A stretch of DNA of 64,000 nt from Octopus bimaculoides (taxonomy: Eukaryota). The notes under the pieces were generated by a model. That model had not been told where the DNA came from and ran no database searches. It saw only the letters and a program-made list of their open reading frames with translations. The stretch lies in contig NC_068994.1 in assembly GCF_001194135.2 (NCBI RefSeq), forward strand, positions 58,111,210 through 58,175,209, written 5' to 3'. Both the position numbers and the translations under genes were made by a program. This document shows, piece after piece, positions 1 to 12,158 of this stretch; the first letter of the stretch is position 1, and every line of letters starts with the position of its first letter.

Positions 1-40
1 TGATTAGCCATAACAACCATCTAAATATGTATAACATATA

Positions 41-167
41 CAGGGTGTCCACAAAGTCTGGGTACATGCGGATTAACACATACTTTAAGAAATTATTATT
101 TCTTATATTTAATTGTTTATGTTATGATTTTATTTACTCCATGCACCCACATTTTGTGGACACCCTG
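41..167. mobile_element. Tc1/mariner-type MITE (~127 bp)
   Basis: Terminal inverted repeats CAGGGTGTCCACAAAGTCTGGGTACATG / CATGCACCCACATTTTGTGGACACCCTG, flanked by TA on both sides (39-40, 168-169). Confidence 0.85.
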
Positions 168-764
168 TATATCTGTATACACACACACACATACATACAT
201 ACACACATTAGAATGTTGCATGCAAACTCAATACAAAGGCTGTATGCAAGGTTTGAACTCATGGTCTCTCTGCTCACAGAAATGAGAAACAATATAGGTT
301 TTGAGTGACCAAATCATGATGAGTAACAGGTCTTGAGTAAGACACACCACTCAATAGTTTAGAGGCAGGATCTAGAGGTCAAGATATTTTATTGAACATT
401 CAATGCTTGCTTGGTGATTTTGTAAAGAATTTGGTTAAAGGCACCAACACACCATGGGCCAGGAGCATTGTGTGACTTGACTAAGGCTACAGGGCAGCTA
501 TTTTACTAAACACCAAAAGCTGACTATAATATTATGTAGCATTAAATGAGGCTTTAGACAACAATGTTCGAGGCACAACCTTAAAGTGGGGATGGTCACA
601 GACGGAATGTTTTTGAGGTTTGCTCAATCATAGTTGATAAACATAAGGGGCCAAAGATATCAACTTATGGGGCCTGAACATGTTCAAAATTGGAAAAAGA
701 TATAACAACAAAAGTGATCACATAGAGGTCAGTCTACATGGTGGTCATTGTACATGATCATTGA

Positions 765-930
765 CATGCTAAAAATAACAGCTAAATCTCCCTCACATTA
801 CACCTCTCATCTTAAAAAAAAATATGAAAAGCACTCTGAATATTGTAGTCCAAGATAGACTGTTTAAAGTAAAAGATGGGAAGGTCATGGCTGGAACGTT
901 TTGGATCAAATCTGACCTGGGGCTACACAA
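765..930 (+). repeat. Interspersed repeat family E (TGCTAGAAAYAGCAGCYAAATCTCCC...GGATGGTCATGGCTGGAATG...(AAC)n tail), probable retroposon 3' end
   Basis: Recurs in the window at approx 9025-9205, 26785-26930, 32625-32765, 37130-37270, 39765-40035, 40265-40350(-), 43245-43400, 63105-63270; boundaries approximate. Confidence 0.7.
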
Positions 931-1115
931 CAAATTCTTCAAGTCACCTACTCACCATTTCAATTGTACGTTGCCAACGACAACCTGTATGACGATAACT
1001 CCATCGCTGTAGTTTCCAACGGTAACACTCCACATCCATTTTGGACAGATGATGGTGGTGGTGATGATGATGATGATAGTTATGAATTGATTGTACAAGG
1101 GGACAGAGATATCGG

Positions 1116-1460
1116 TGGTCAGTTAAGACCATAGTGGCCATTCCAGAATATGTTCCAGGGCAGTTATCTGTTGATGGTCAATTAAGACAGCACTGGTCAC
1201 TCCTGTATGTATTCCAGGTTAGTTAAGACCATAGTGGTCACTGTGGTATGTAACCCAGGGTCATGACATGACAGTGGACATTTAAAACAGTAGGATTACT
1301 GGAGTGTATCCAAGTGTAATAATATATCGGTCAATGAAGACCATTCTGATCACTCTCGTATGTATTCCAGAGTCAGGATGAGGTAGTGGTCCGTTTAGCC
1401 ATTAGTGACCAGTGAAGTGACTTATCGGTCAATTAAGACCGCAGAAGTTACTCTAGATGT
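1116..1460. repeat. Degenerate minisatellite, about 7 units of ~40-60 bp
   Basis: Units start GGTCA(A/G)TTAAGAC(C/A) and often continue ...GGTCACT...GTATGTA(T/A)(T/C)CCAG. Confidence 0.75.
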
Positions 1461-1682
1461 CCATTTCACCATTTAGTGTGGAGCCTTTAATGGTTTTCAA
1501 TTTATACAGAGGGCAATTGAAGGATGTGTGTGTGCATGTGAGTGTATGAATATACACCCACACATACATACAGGCACAGTGTTGTTATGTTTGTGGGATG
1601 GTACTATGTGTAATCATGTATAATGTGAGTCTGAATAGTGAGCTACTTAAGGATGTGGGCAGATAAAATCATATGTTAACAG

Positions 1683-1731
<49 letters not shown>

Positions 1732-2184
1732 TATATATATATATATATATAATATATATATTGTGTGTGTATGTATTAAAGTGTCTGTTTGTATCTGGAG
1801 TATTTAAATAGCTGTGTGTGTGTGTGTGTGTGTGTGTACATCTGAGTGTATTTAAGTGACTGTGTATGTATTAAGTGACTGTGCCTGTGTGTGTATGTGT
1901 AAGTGTTTAAATGAGAGTAGTGTGTGTGTGTGTGTGTGTGTGTATAGACACTTTCTCTTCCTCAAACAGTCTTCATAATAAAAAGCCTCACAAAAAAAAA
2001 AGCAAACAGGAAAAAAAGCAAACAACCAATTTAGAGAGAAACGAAAAATATTCCAAATTAACAGAGTGACTTAGAAACATTTAGGATGTTATGTACCCGG
2101 GGTGGGATAAGGGTAGATTTGTGAAGAGATGCAGCAGCAAGCAATGGTACAGCAACAACAAATACATTATGTACAGCTGCTTAC

Positions 2185-2212
2185 ATCAACGTCTTGACAC
2201 AGTTCCCCCACC
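2185..2212 (-). CDS. Candidate 28-nt microexon of the JAKMIP-like gene
   Basis: Acceptor gttgttgttcag| and donor GAT|gtaagc. Phase-0 entry reads GGGTVSRR*; phase-2 entry reads VGELCQDVD. Confidence 0.35.
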
Positions 2213-2600
2213 CTGAACAACAACAACTCCACATCATCATACACCATCTCCCCACCTCCACCCCACCCCAGTAGCGATGTCTGGCACCATACCTCCCCCA
2301 CCACCACCATTCCTGCTGATATTATATCACTTTACTCCCAACCACACCTAAACTCCTACATATAAATACCATATAACTGGTACATACACACCCACCTTAT
2401 GGAGGGTTGCATCACTGCATTGCACAACGACCACCACCACTACCACCATTACAACTGCCACACAGATGGAGATAAGGATGAAGGCAGCGGTGGTGATGAT
2501 GATGATGATGATGAAGTAAAGTGAAGATTTCAAGAGATTTCCGTTGGTCATTGAAAGAGGAAGTAATTACTGAATCAAAAACAGGGCATCATATCCGGTT

Positions 2601-2605
<5 letters not shown>

Positions 2606-2636
<31 letters not shown>

Positions 2637-2671
2637 AAGAGAGAGAGATAGAGAGAGAGAAAGAGAGAGAG

Positions 2672-2702
<31 letters not shown>

Positions 2703-2797
2703 GGGAGAGAGAGAAAGAGAGAGAGAGAGGGAGAGAGAGAGAGAGAAAGAGAGATAGAAAGAGAGAGAAAAAGAGAGAGAAAAAGAGAGAGAGAGAC
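2606..2797. repeat. (GA)n/(GAAA) compound microsatellite
   Basis: Direct reading. Other long SSRs include (TA)n 1686-1760, 20548-20630, 55528-55586; (CA)n 26485-26586; (AAT)n/(GAT)n tracts throughout. Confidence 0.95.
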
Positions 2798-2820
2798 AAA
2801 ACAACATGTAAACACTTGTG

Positions 2821-2851
<31 letters not shown>

Positions 2852-2918
2852 GCAAGATTATATTAGTATACTGTTTACACATACCAATTTGTCATTAAAC
2901 AAATACAAACTCAGATAT

Positions 2919-2956
<38 letters not shown>

Positions 2957-3051
2957 TTTCTTTGAGAATGGACCTTCACAAGACTACATGAAGCAACTGA
3001 AATATCATATACAAATGTATATATATATATGTATACTAGCTGACGTACCCG

Positions 3052-3200
3052 GCTTTCAGTTTCCTTCTACCAAATTCACCCACAAGGCTTTGGTTGGCCC
3101 AAGGTTATAGTAGAAGACACTTGCCCAATATGCCACACAGTGGGACCGACCCCATGAGGTTGGTAAGCAAGTTACTTACCACACAGCCACCCCTGCATCT
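3052..3200 (-). mobile_element. tRNA-headed SINE family B (head ...GCAGGAGTGGCTGTGTGGTAAG...GGGTTCAGTCCCACTG...CCTTGGGCAAGTGTCTTCTACTATAGCC)
   Basis: Pol III A/B-box-like head. Many copies at approx 10095-10225(-), 11545-11880(-), 17165-17325(-), 21235-21530(-), 22365-22565(-), 23650-23830(-), 30890-31225(+), 33355-33660(-), 34640-34960(+), 45745-46095(-), 49215-49427(-), 49470-49625(+), 51505-51640(-), 63495-63660(+). Confidence 0.85.
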
Positions 3201-3682
3201 ATATATATATATAATGTATATAAAACAAGTTAAAAATAATGGTCATTACATATTTTTCCTTTATTGGAGCAAATTTGGCTCACAGATGTTTCCAGTAGTC
3301 ATTATAGGTACACACACGCACACACATACACATACACAAACACATACACACACACACACACACACACACTTCTTTGTGTTTGTTCATTTTGCCAGAAATC
3401 AGAAACAGCAGCCGAATCTTCCTCAAATTATACTCTGTCCTTTATAAAGGATGGACATATTAGATAATGTGGTCCTTGATGCATTATGTGCTGAAAATCA
3501 GAAGTGATGGTCATGGCTGGCATGCTTTGGCCAATGGGGGTAAAAAAACACACAAAAAAAAAAAGACACCCATCTCTTTGGCAAGTTTGGAGGACAGAAA
3601 CCTGCATAGAAGTTTATTGGTAAAGGAAGGCCAAACACAGGAAGAAGAAAACATGAGAATTTAAAAAATGTCTCAGACTTAC

Positions 3683-3736
3683 AGTGATGTCAAATTTGAG
3701 GAAGTCTTCAAGAGCATCATTACCATCTTCTGCACT
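3683..3736 (-). CDS. JAKMIP: JAKMIP-like exon (SAEDGNDALEDFLKFDIT)
   Basis: ttcttggtttctccacag| acceptor, |gtaagt donor, 54 nt, phase 0-0, open and in frame with the exon at 9416-9529. Family similarity of this peptide is not evident. Confidence 0.7.
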
Positions 3737-4621
3737 CTGTGGAGAAACCAAGAAAGATAATAATAATAATAATGATAATAATAATAATAATAATAGCCCA
3801 TATCCTACGTAAAATACTGTCTATGTAATCTCAAATTTTAAAACAAACACAATTTTCTTATGGTTTCTTAAACATTCTCTAGAACAACACTGTACAAATC
3901 CAAATATATGGTACCCTAGGCATAACACGTACATGAACTTCTAACTTGTCGTCTCTTGAGGTCTCTGGGTGAGACTTGGATCCAACTTGTACAAATGCAA
4001 AGCAAAAATCAAACATAAAATGATAATAATAATAATATTTAGATGTGAACCCAGGACATCATGGTCATGAATAGGACTTCTTAACCATTCGGCTATGCTG
4101 TGCCTATAAAATACACACACACACAGACATTATTATGGGAATATCTCGCGTGGTTTATGAGCTGAATTCAATTTCTGCTGCTGTCAACAATGTCACCTTT
4201 CTGAGGGTCAATCATATATATACGCAGGCAAAGGACACGATGGTGTATTGATCTAATGTAGCCATCCTTCTCTCCTTTCATGTAGAAATATGTGACCTTA
4301 TGCCTAACTTTGACATTTCTATTATATAAACACAGAGCTTTTGGAATCTTTGTTCTGTCCTACATTCGTGTGTGTGTGTGTGTGTGTGTATGTGTGTGTG
4401 TGAAGTTAGGCACTATTGATAAACGAGAGTGGCAAAGATGGCTCTTTGTGATGCCAGTTTCTCTGTGATTCTGATTTCAAATCTAACTTGTATCCAGTGA
4501 TGTAACAGGGGAGGTGGTTGTTCTTTAGCCCAAGGTCAACTCTGATTGGGTACATCATGTATGATCAAAAGCATTCTAGCCATGATCAATTTATCTTTTT
4601 GGTATATCTAAGACATTAATG

Positions 4622-4915
4622 AAAGCGCATGGCCAACTGGTTAGGTATGCTGCACACACAATCATCAGATCATGGGTTCAATTTCCAGACTGGGTGGTGC
4701 ATTGTGTTCTTGAACAAAACACTTCATTTCGTGTTGCCCCAGTCCACTCAGCTGTAAATGGAGCACCCTGTGAGGGAATAATTTTCCGACCAGAGCAAAT
4801 GCTGGCCTGCTTACCTAGCCATTATGGCATTGTTCATAAGCTAAAACGATGCAAAGTGCACTGTGACAAGTGATGTATAACAACATCTAATAGTCTGGTC
4901 AATCACATGATATCT
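4622..4915 (+). mobile_element. tRNA-headed SINE family D (GCGCATGGCY.AGTGGTTAG...GGGTTCAATTYC...TTGTGTYCTTGARCAARACACTT...GTTGCYCCAGTCCACTCAGCTG)
   Basis: A/B-box-like head. Other copies at approx 245-420(-), 35115-35345(+), 38190-38430(-), 49780-49990(-), 52445-52466 plus 53270-53500(+). Confidence 0.8.
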
Positions 4916-5612
4916 CAGACAATGTGTGTCCATCCAGGTTTAAGACAGTAGGGCGTGATATGAGGGTGGTTTGGCTGCCTATAGATACTAACCCTGCAGA
5001 GGGTCTCCTATGGGCATATAACAGAGGGGGTAAACACAGCAGAGAGCAGTAAGGTTAACTAGCAGTGAGCTGACCCTGGCCTCACTGTTGTCTCTTGGTT
5101 GAGCTTATTCCATTGCAGGCACCTCACTAATGTTCTTGAGAACATAACAATTCTCATTTTAACTTTCCATCAAAGTAAATAAGGTGAAACCATCATCATC
5201 ATCATTGTCGTCGTCGTTTAACGTCTGCTTTCCATGCTGGCATGGGTTGGACGGTTTGACTGAGGACTGGTGAGCCAGATGGCTGCACCAGCCTAAGGGA
5301 TTTGAGGAGTTAAATAAAACATATACTGTGTGAGGATGGGTGGTGGGGTTAGCTACTTGATTGTGTTCCATGTTCCATACTAAACCCAGAGACCTCATTT
5401 AAAATTGATTAAGTCTAACTTAAATAAACTTCATTGTTTTCTGTCAGTGGAGTGAAGTGGAGGTGGTGGGCCAAACAAGTAACCTGTTGTGAAAGGTGTA
5501 TTTAAACAAATGGCATGATATGACAAACAAGACAAACAGACAGATGTTTGTAAGAGAAGAAAGATAAAAGAAAATTCCACAAATGAAAGAAGAATGATAA
5601 CAACAACAATAA

Positions 5613-6814
5613 TAATGGCTTCAAATTTTGGCACAAGGCCTGGAAGTTTGTGGGAGGGAGTAAGTTGATTACGTCATTGCCCAGTGCTCGACTTGTACAT
5701 ATTTTATCGACCCTGAAAGGGTGAAGGGCAAAGTTGACCTCAGAACATAAAGACGGATGAAATGCTGTTAAGTATTTTGTCCAGCATAAGATTCTTCCAG
5801 CTCACTGGCTTAATAATAATAATAATAATGATAATAATAATAATAATAATAGTCCTTTGTATTATAGGCTCAAGGCCTGAAATTTGGGGGAGGGGGATAG
5901 TCAATTACATTAACCCCAATACTCAACTGGTACTTAATTTATTGATCCCAAAAGGATGAAAGGTAAGGTTGACCTCGGCGGAATTTGAACTCAGAATGTA
6001 GCATTGGGTGAAACACTGCTCAGCATTTCAAACAGAGTGCTAACAATTCTAACAGCTCACCGCCATAATAATAATAATAATTATTATTATTATTATTATT
6101 TCCAACATAGGTACAAAGCTTGAAATTTGTGGGTGGTGGGGTGAGAAGAGGTTAGTTGATTACATTGACTCTAATATTTGACTATCAAACCCTGAAGAAT
6201 AAAAGGCAAAGTCGACTTCAGTGGGATGTGAACTCAGAATGTAAAGGGACATAACTAGGTGGCTGCAAGGCATTTTGTCTTGTGCTCTACCAATTCTGCT
6301 ATTCCATCGATAATGATAATAATGATAATAATAATAACAAGAATGATGATTTCTAATTTTAGCACACTGGCCACCAATTTTAGGGGAGGGAGTAAATCGA
6401 TCACATCAACCCCAGTTTTCAACTGCTACTTATTTTATCGACCCCGAAAGGATGAAAGGCAAAGTCGACCTTGGTGGAATTTGAACTCAGAACGTATAGA
6501 TGGAGGAAATACCACGAAGCATTTCGCCTGGTGTGCTAACGATTCTGCCAGATTGCCACCTTAACAATAATAATAATAATAAATAATAAAAATAATAACA
6601 ATCCTCTGCTGGAGGCACACAGCCTTAAATTTGTGGGGGAGGGGACTAGTCGATTACATCGACCCCAGTGTTTCACTGGTACTTAATTTATTGACCCTGA
6701 AAGGATGAAAGGCAAAGTCGATCTCAGTGGTATTTGAATTCAGAACAGAGCGGCAGACAGAGTGCCGCTAAGAATCTTGCCTGGTGTGCTAACGATTTTG
6801 CCAGCTCACTGCCT

Positions 6815-6815
<1 letters not shown>
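5613..6815 (-). mobile_element. Head-to-tail array of five tRNA-headed SINE family A copies separated by (AAT)n
   Basis: Shared motifs ...GGCAAAGTCGACCTCGGCGGAATTTGAACTCAGAAC...CCAGCTCGCCACCTT. Other family A copies at approx 7032-7110(+), 17380-17590(+), 29700-29855(+), 30560-30770(-), 41915-42115(-), 44683-44890(+), 44913-45105(-), 47070-47285(-), 47400-47515(-), 48960-49090(-). Confidence 0.85.
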
Positions 6816-6851
<36 letters not shown>

Positions 6852-8704
6852 CAACAATAATAATTATTATATGCAGTCTTACATAGGATACAGTATTAAG
6901 ATGCAAGAAGAGACAAAATAGTGATATAGAAAGATGGCAGGAAAATAAAATGAGAGGAAGTAGAGAAACAAACAGGTGGTTACAGGTATGTTAAAATCTA
7001 TCTTACTCCTGTTTATATCATATTTTAAAATTAAGGTGGCGAGCTGGCAGAATCATCAGCATGCCGGACAAAATGCTCGGCAGCATTTCATCCATCTTTG
7101 TATTCTATTTAGCTGTTATTTTTAGCACACTTCACGACCACATCCTACTTCCCTCATTTGCTCGTCAGTTTGACGCTTTTCAAGGTCTTTCTCCCCATAA
7201 ACATATTTAATGGTCTATTGCTGGAATTTAAGCCACAAATTCAGACTGTCCATATTTTAAACTGCATTTTAATAATTAATTTAAAAAAAAAACTTTTCAA
7301 ATTAGAAAAGAATTTTTTTTCATAGTCGTGTAAATATCCATGTGTTGAATACAAATTTTCGAAAATTTCTTGAAAATTCCAAAAAATAAAAATGTCACGA
7401 GGAGTTATATGTCATACTTAAAGCAGAATGCTGCCGAAAATTACTGTGTGTGTGTGTGTGTGTAGCACAGAGTGGGAACTAGAATAAATGCTGAATGATG
7501 ATATAGTTCAATATTATAGGTAACAGGGTTCAAATCTCACCTGTCTCCATGAAACAGAAATCCTATTTCTGTCAGGTTAACAAGTTGCAGGGTTGGTTAA
7601 ATACTAGTAATATACTGGGGTCCAATCAGTCAAGTAGAATCCCTTAGGAAAATGGCTTTGTTGTACAATATATCACTCGTGCTTCTGTCGGTAACAGTCT
7701 AATAGTGATGATACAAATGACAGACGAGTATGTGTGAGTGGGGTGGTGGTCAGAGGGTGATCAAGGTGACAGTGTGGTAGTGATGGTATAGGCGACAGAG
7801 TGTGGTGGTGGTGGTGGTGGGGGTCTAGGTGACAGTGTTGTGGCAGGAAGCAGAGGAATGCTGTTTATCAGAGTTTAGCTGCCAATCAGAAACCCTGGGA
7901 GATGTCAAGTCACTGTTGACAGATAGCAGTGAATGATCCACCACAACTGGGGAGTCTATGAAGAAAAGGGGACAGACACTGTGTGTGTGTGGGGGGCAGA
8001 CGTTACAATGGGAGCTGTGGTAAAGTAGAGCACTGAGAATGAAGTGGGGAGGAAAGGGGTGTATGTGTGTGTGTGTGTGTGTGTGTGGTACAGGTAAAAG
8101 AGATAAGAGACAAACAGAAAGCAACATATGAGAAATGTGTGGTGGAGGGGGTGGGATGGCGGTTGGCTCAGAGTAAATCAGTGTTTGTTTGTTAGACAAC
8201 TACAATGAGACATATACTAACAGAAATTATGGAGAAGATCACAGATAATCATTAGATGTGGGAGTGGTGGTGGTGCTGGGATGTCAGTAGAGAAGAAATC
8301 AGTGGTGGTGGTGATGGTGGCGATTGTGGGGGTGGTGGTGGTGGTGTCTGTTGACTTCTCCAGGAATGTGTCAAGCCTGATTATTTCAAGATCTGCTGCT
8401 AGCTGTTTTCCCTTCAGTTATTTGGTCAGTGGTATGTGAAGTCAACTCCTGCCTCCCCCCCATCCCTCCCCCCACCACATGAACACATCTAAACATCTGT
8501 CANNNNNNNNNNNNNNNNNNNNNNNNNNNNNNNNNNNNNNNNNNNNNNNNNNNNNNNNNNNNNNNNNNNNNNNNNNNNNNNNNNNNNNNNNNNNNNNNNN
8601 NNNNNNNNNNNNNNNNNNNNNNNNNNNNNNNNAAGCCATTACTTCACCAACTTCACCAACATGCTTCTTTATTTAACTATTTATACAGGAATGGCCATAA
8701 GTAA

Positions 8705-8905
8705 CTTTACCCATTTCTTTATTCATCATCATCATCATCGTTTAACGTCCGCTTTCCATGCTAGCATGGGTTGGACGACACCAGATGGCTGCACCAGGCT
8801 CCAATCTGGTTTGGCAGAGTTTCTACAGCTGGATGCCCTTCCTAACGCCAACCACTCAGAGAGTGTAGTGGGTGCTTTTACGTGCCACCAGCACGAAGGC
8901 CAGTA
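8705..8905 (-). mobile_element. (GAT)n-tailed retroposon family C (3' end shared with an RTE LINE)
   Basis: Motif TTAGGAAGGGCATCCAGCTGTAGAAAC...CCAACCCATGCYAGCATGGAAA...GTTAAA(C/T)GATGATG. Copies at approx 5192-5295(-), 11405-11500(-), 16240-16355(-), 19545-19725(+), 21540-21845(+), 23845-24035(+), 24060-24345(+), 25895-26160(+), 30925-31030(+), 34965-35095(+), 41205-41375(+), 58884-59385(-), 62120-62260(-). Confidence 0.85.
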
Positions 8906-8963
8906 GAGAAGAAATCAATTCTTTATTATTATTAGAAATGGATAAATCGACTTATGGCCATCC

Positions 8964-8997
<34 letters not shown>

Positions 8998-9415
8998 GCA
9001 CACATTCTCAACACTAGTTTTATCTACTGGAAATAACAGCTAAATCTCTCCCAATATCACACATGACTGTGTTAAAGAAAATAGATTGTTAAATAATGAT
9101 GTAATTCTAGATATGTTAGAGGTGGATAAAGATGGGACAGTCGTGGTTGGAAAGCCTTTGATCATAGGTCTGTCCAATGAAGACGGGCAAGGGGTTTCAT
9201 AGCAACAGCTATATTGGATAAACCAAAAAGACTGGTTTTACAAGAGAACATTTACGAATGTGGATACACTTGTAAATCAACGCGTGTGTATGTTAGGGTG
9301 TGTGTGTGTGTGTGAGTGTGAGTGTGCATGCTATCTATTGTGTGTGTGTGTGTGCATGATATCATGTCAATGCTCATCAGTGCAGGAATGCAGTTCTGTG
9401 TAAAGCTAAACTCAC

Positions 9416-9529
9416 CGTGTTCTGACTTTCCTCTAATTCTAGAATCCGAAATTCTAAATCTTCAATTTGTTCCCTGGCTTCTGAGAGATCTTCCTGTAGC
9501 TTGCCCTCATTATCTTCCATCTTTTTCAA
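9416..9529 (-). CDS. JAKMIP: JAKMIP-like exon (LKKMEDNEGKLQEDLSEAREQIEDLEFRILELEESQNT)
   Basis: ttgcag| acceptor, |gtgagt donor, 114 nt phase 0-0. Matches the recalled JAKMIP motif ...DARDQNELLEFRILELEE. Confidence 0.92.
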
Positions 9530-10715
9530 CTGCAACAACAACAACAACAACAAAAACATAGTTCAGAATTTGTAATCACACACATTGCATCTCTCTTTCT
9601 CTCTCATATCTCATCATTGTTTTAATGTCTACCTTTCCCATGTTTGCATGGGTCAGACAGAATTTGTTGAGGCAGATTATCTATAATCAGATGCCCTTTT
9701 TATCACCAAACCCCAGTTTCCAAAAGCAAGACATGTCTGGTCACAAGAAAATATCAAATCTGTTCAATTCAAAAGATTGGAAATGGCACTGCTTGTATGG
9801 CAGAGACACTTGTTTACAATAATGTCACCCATCACACTATAAAGATGAGGAAATACACACACACACACACATGTATGTATATAGAATTAATATAAACAGC
9901 AGTTTGCAATGTATCACCAAAAAGGAGAATTACAAATGTCACTAAATGTGACTAGGGTGTTAGAAACACCTACATTGCTAGAAATAAGAGTTAAAATGCT
10001 CTAATAGTATAGTTAAGGCACATGAATGGAAACATGTACACTAACAGGGACCATAATCGTCCGAAAAGTGCTGATCGAGAATTCTCAATACTGCTCATGA
10101 GGGTTTGGTTGGCTCAGGGCCACAGTAAAAGACACTTGGCCAAGGTGACATACAGTGGAACTGAACCTAAAATTGCATGGTTGGGAAGCAAACTTTTTCA
10201 CCTCACAGCCCGGCCTGCGTCTAGGCCTGTGTGTGTGTGTGTGTGTATGTATTACTAGATACAGTAAAAACCAGACTGATGCTTTGCTGTGATTGTTATT
10301 CCAGATGTTCACAATTAAAATGCTATTAAGATTGATCTTATTAGCAGACATAGCTAAAAGGTTGGCAAAGTATGTAGCAGTAATGTCTGGACAATCAGCT
10401 AGACTCATTCCTTACAAAACATGTCATCTTGTTCCAAAGCTCTCTCTCTCCCTCGGTCTCTGTACACACACAAACACTGAATACGCAATGGACTTGTATG
10501 TGAAGAGGCATATCACTCTAATATGTAACCCAAATACAAACACATACAATCCCTATACCTGTCCACCAGTCTTTCTCTCTATATGCACACACACACACAC
10601 ACACATTGTATAGTGTGTAAGTGTGACACAGGAAAGCTACAGAGCCACACAAAGATGGAGGAAACTTGCTGTGGTGCAGACGTAGTGCATGGTTTGATAG
10701 AAGATGTAAGCTTAC

Positions 10716-10778
10716 CTTTTTCTGCATTTCAATGTTAGCTGATTGTAGAGTCTCTTTTTCTTCAAGTAACCGTGGTTC
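10716..10778 (-). CDS. JAKMIP: JAKMIP-like exon (EPRLLEEKETLQSANIEMQKK)
   Basis: ctctccatccag| acceptor, AAG|gtaagc donor, 63 nt phase 0-0. Aligns with recalled JAKMIP ...WIEEKQALYRRNQELVEK. Confidence 0.9.
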
Positions 10779-11605
10779 CTGGATGGAGAGAGAGAGAGGT
10801 AGCACTTGTCAAACAGGAATAAAAAATGATGTTGGTACCATATTCCAAAGCAATTCCTTGTAATCTTGTTATTTAACCCCAGGTCAGAAATGATCTAAGT
10901 CGTTCCAACCATGATCAGCAAGCCTTTTATTCAAGTTTTATATAAGACTACTCCAACTTGTGCATTGTGTCCTATGTTTTTTCCTTCTTAAAAATAGTAA
11001 GACATGATTTGAGGAAGATTTGTCTGCTATTTCTAGCCAGTCGAGAGATGTCATTGAGGCTCTCTTGTTGGCTTGTTCTTCAGTGTACCTGAAATACCAG
11101 GTGAGATATTGTGGTAGTGTCAAATTTTGTGAAGAGCCGTGAGTTCTTCTCCAGTGAGTGTCTTTGGATTAGGTATTGCTGTGGGTCAAGTGAGTTTCTC
11201 ATAAGTCTTTATGACTTGTGTATCTGATTCTTGAGCCAACAATTGGGACTTTGAAGGCAGTTGCTTGATCTGTTGCTTCCTAGTGCAACACATCTCAAAC
11301 TGATTGTCTTTTGCAGAGAAAAAGTGACTCTGGACAACAATAGGGGAAGAAGTGTTACGATGAGATCCCAGAATGTTTGACCTCCCAAACGAGAGGATAC
11401 CAGACCAAAACATCTTTTGGCATGGTTTCTACAGATGAATGCCCTTCCTAATATGCCAACCACTTTACAGAGTGTACTGGGTGCCTTTTATGTGACACCA
11501 TCACTTCTAATTTTTACGTAGCACCAGCACCTGTACTTTGGGCTTCTTTCAGTTTCCATCTATCAAATCCTCTCACAAGGGTTTGGTCAGTCCAATGCTA
11601 TAGTA

Positions 11606-11775
11606 CAGTGGTTCCCAGCCCTTTTATTTAAATGAGTTTACCCACAGACCCCTTTTAATATGCTTATCCTTATGTATGCATATATACATATGAAATTCTG
11701 AATTTAGTTCATGGACCCCCAGTACTACCTTTGCGAACCACCAGGGATCCGCGGACCCTAGGTTTGGAACCACTG
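11606..11775. mobile_element. hAT (Charlie-type) MITE inserted into a family B SINE
   Basis: TIRs CAGTGGTTCCCAG / TTTGGAACCACTG; 8-bp TSD ctatagta / ctataata; SINE sequence resumes on the far side. Confidence 0.85.
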
Positions 11776-12158
11776 CTATAATAGAAGACATGTCCAAAGT
11801 GCCACACAGTGGGACTGAACCTGGAATCATGTAGTTGAGAAGCAAGTTTCTTACTACACAGCCACTCCTGCACCTATATGTAACCATCATTTTGTAGACC
11901 TGTCCAACACTGACCATGCCAGAAAAGGAAATCCTTTACTCCCAAGAAACAACAATTCCCTGAATTTCTTGCAGCCCTTCTTTACCCCAGCTCCTTTTAT
12001 TCTTTCACTACAGTCAAACCCAGCTTCAATTAGACCCACCCCTCTTCGGTGTCCGACCAACCTCTACCATTGAGTTTAACTTATGCTAGACATTTTACAA
12101 CAATGCTACAGCTTGATCAGAACTACAAGAATTCTCAAAGTGTCAAACCAAAACTTAC

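Noticed and set aside
2348-2551. Hydrophobic ORF (IIIIIITT...VVVVVVVV) as a JAKMIP C-terminal transmembrane exon
   Set aside because: The hydrophobic runs are (ATC)n/(GTG)n microsatellites, and the only good acceptor gives a stop in phase 0
7825-7955. Alternative terminal exon (DSPVVVDHSLL...NTVT*) with a good acceptor
   Set aside because: Needs a phase-1 donor, but the upstream confident exon ends in phase 0; no homology
10938-11413. ORFs between the JAKMIP exons at 12159 and 10778
   Set aside because: The two flanking exons join without a gap in the family alignment, and these ORFs run into family E/C repeats
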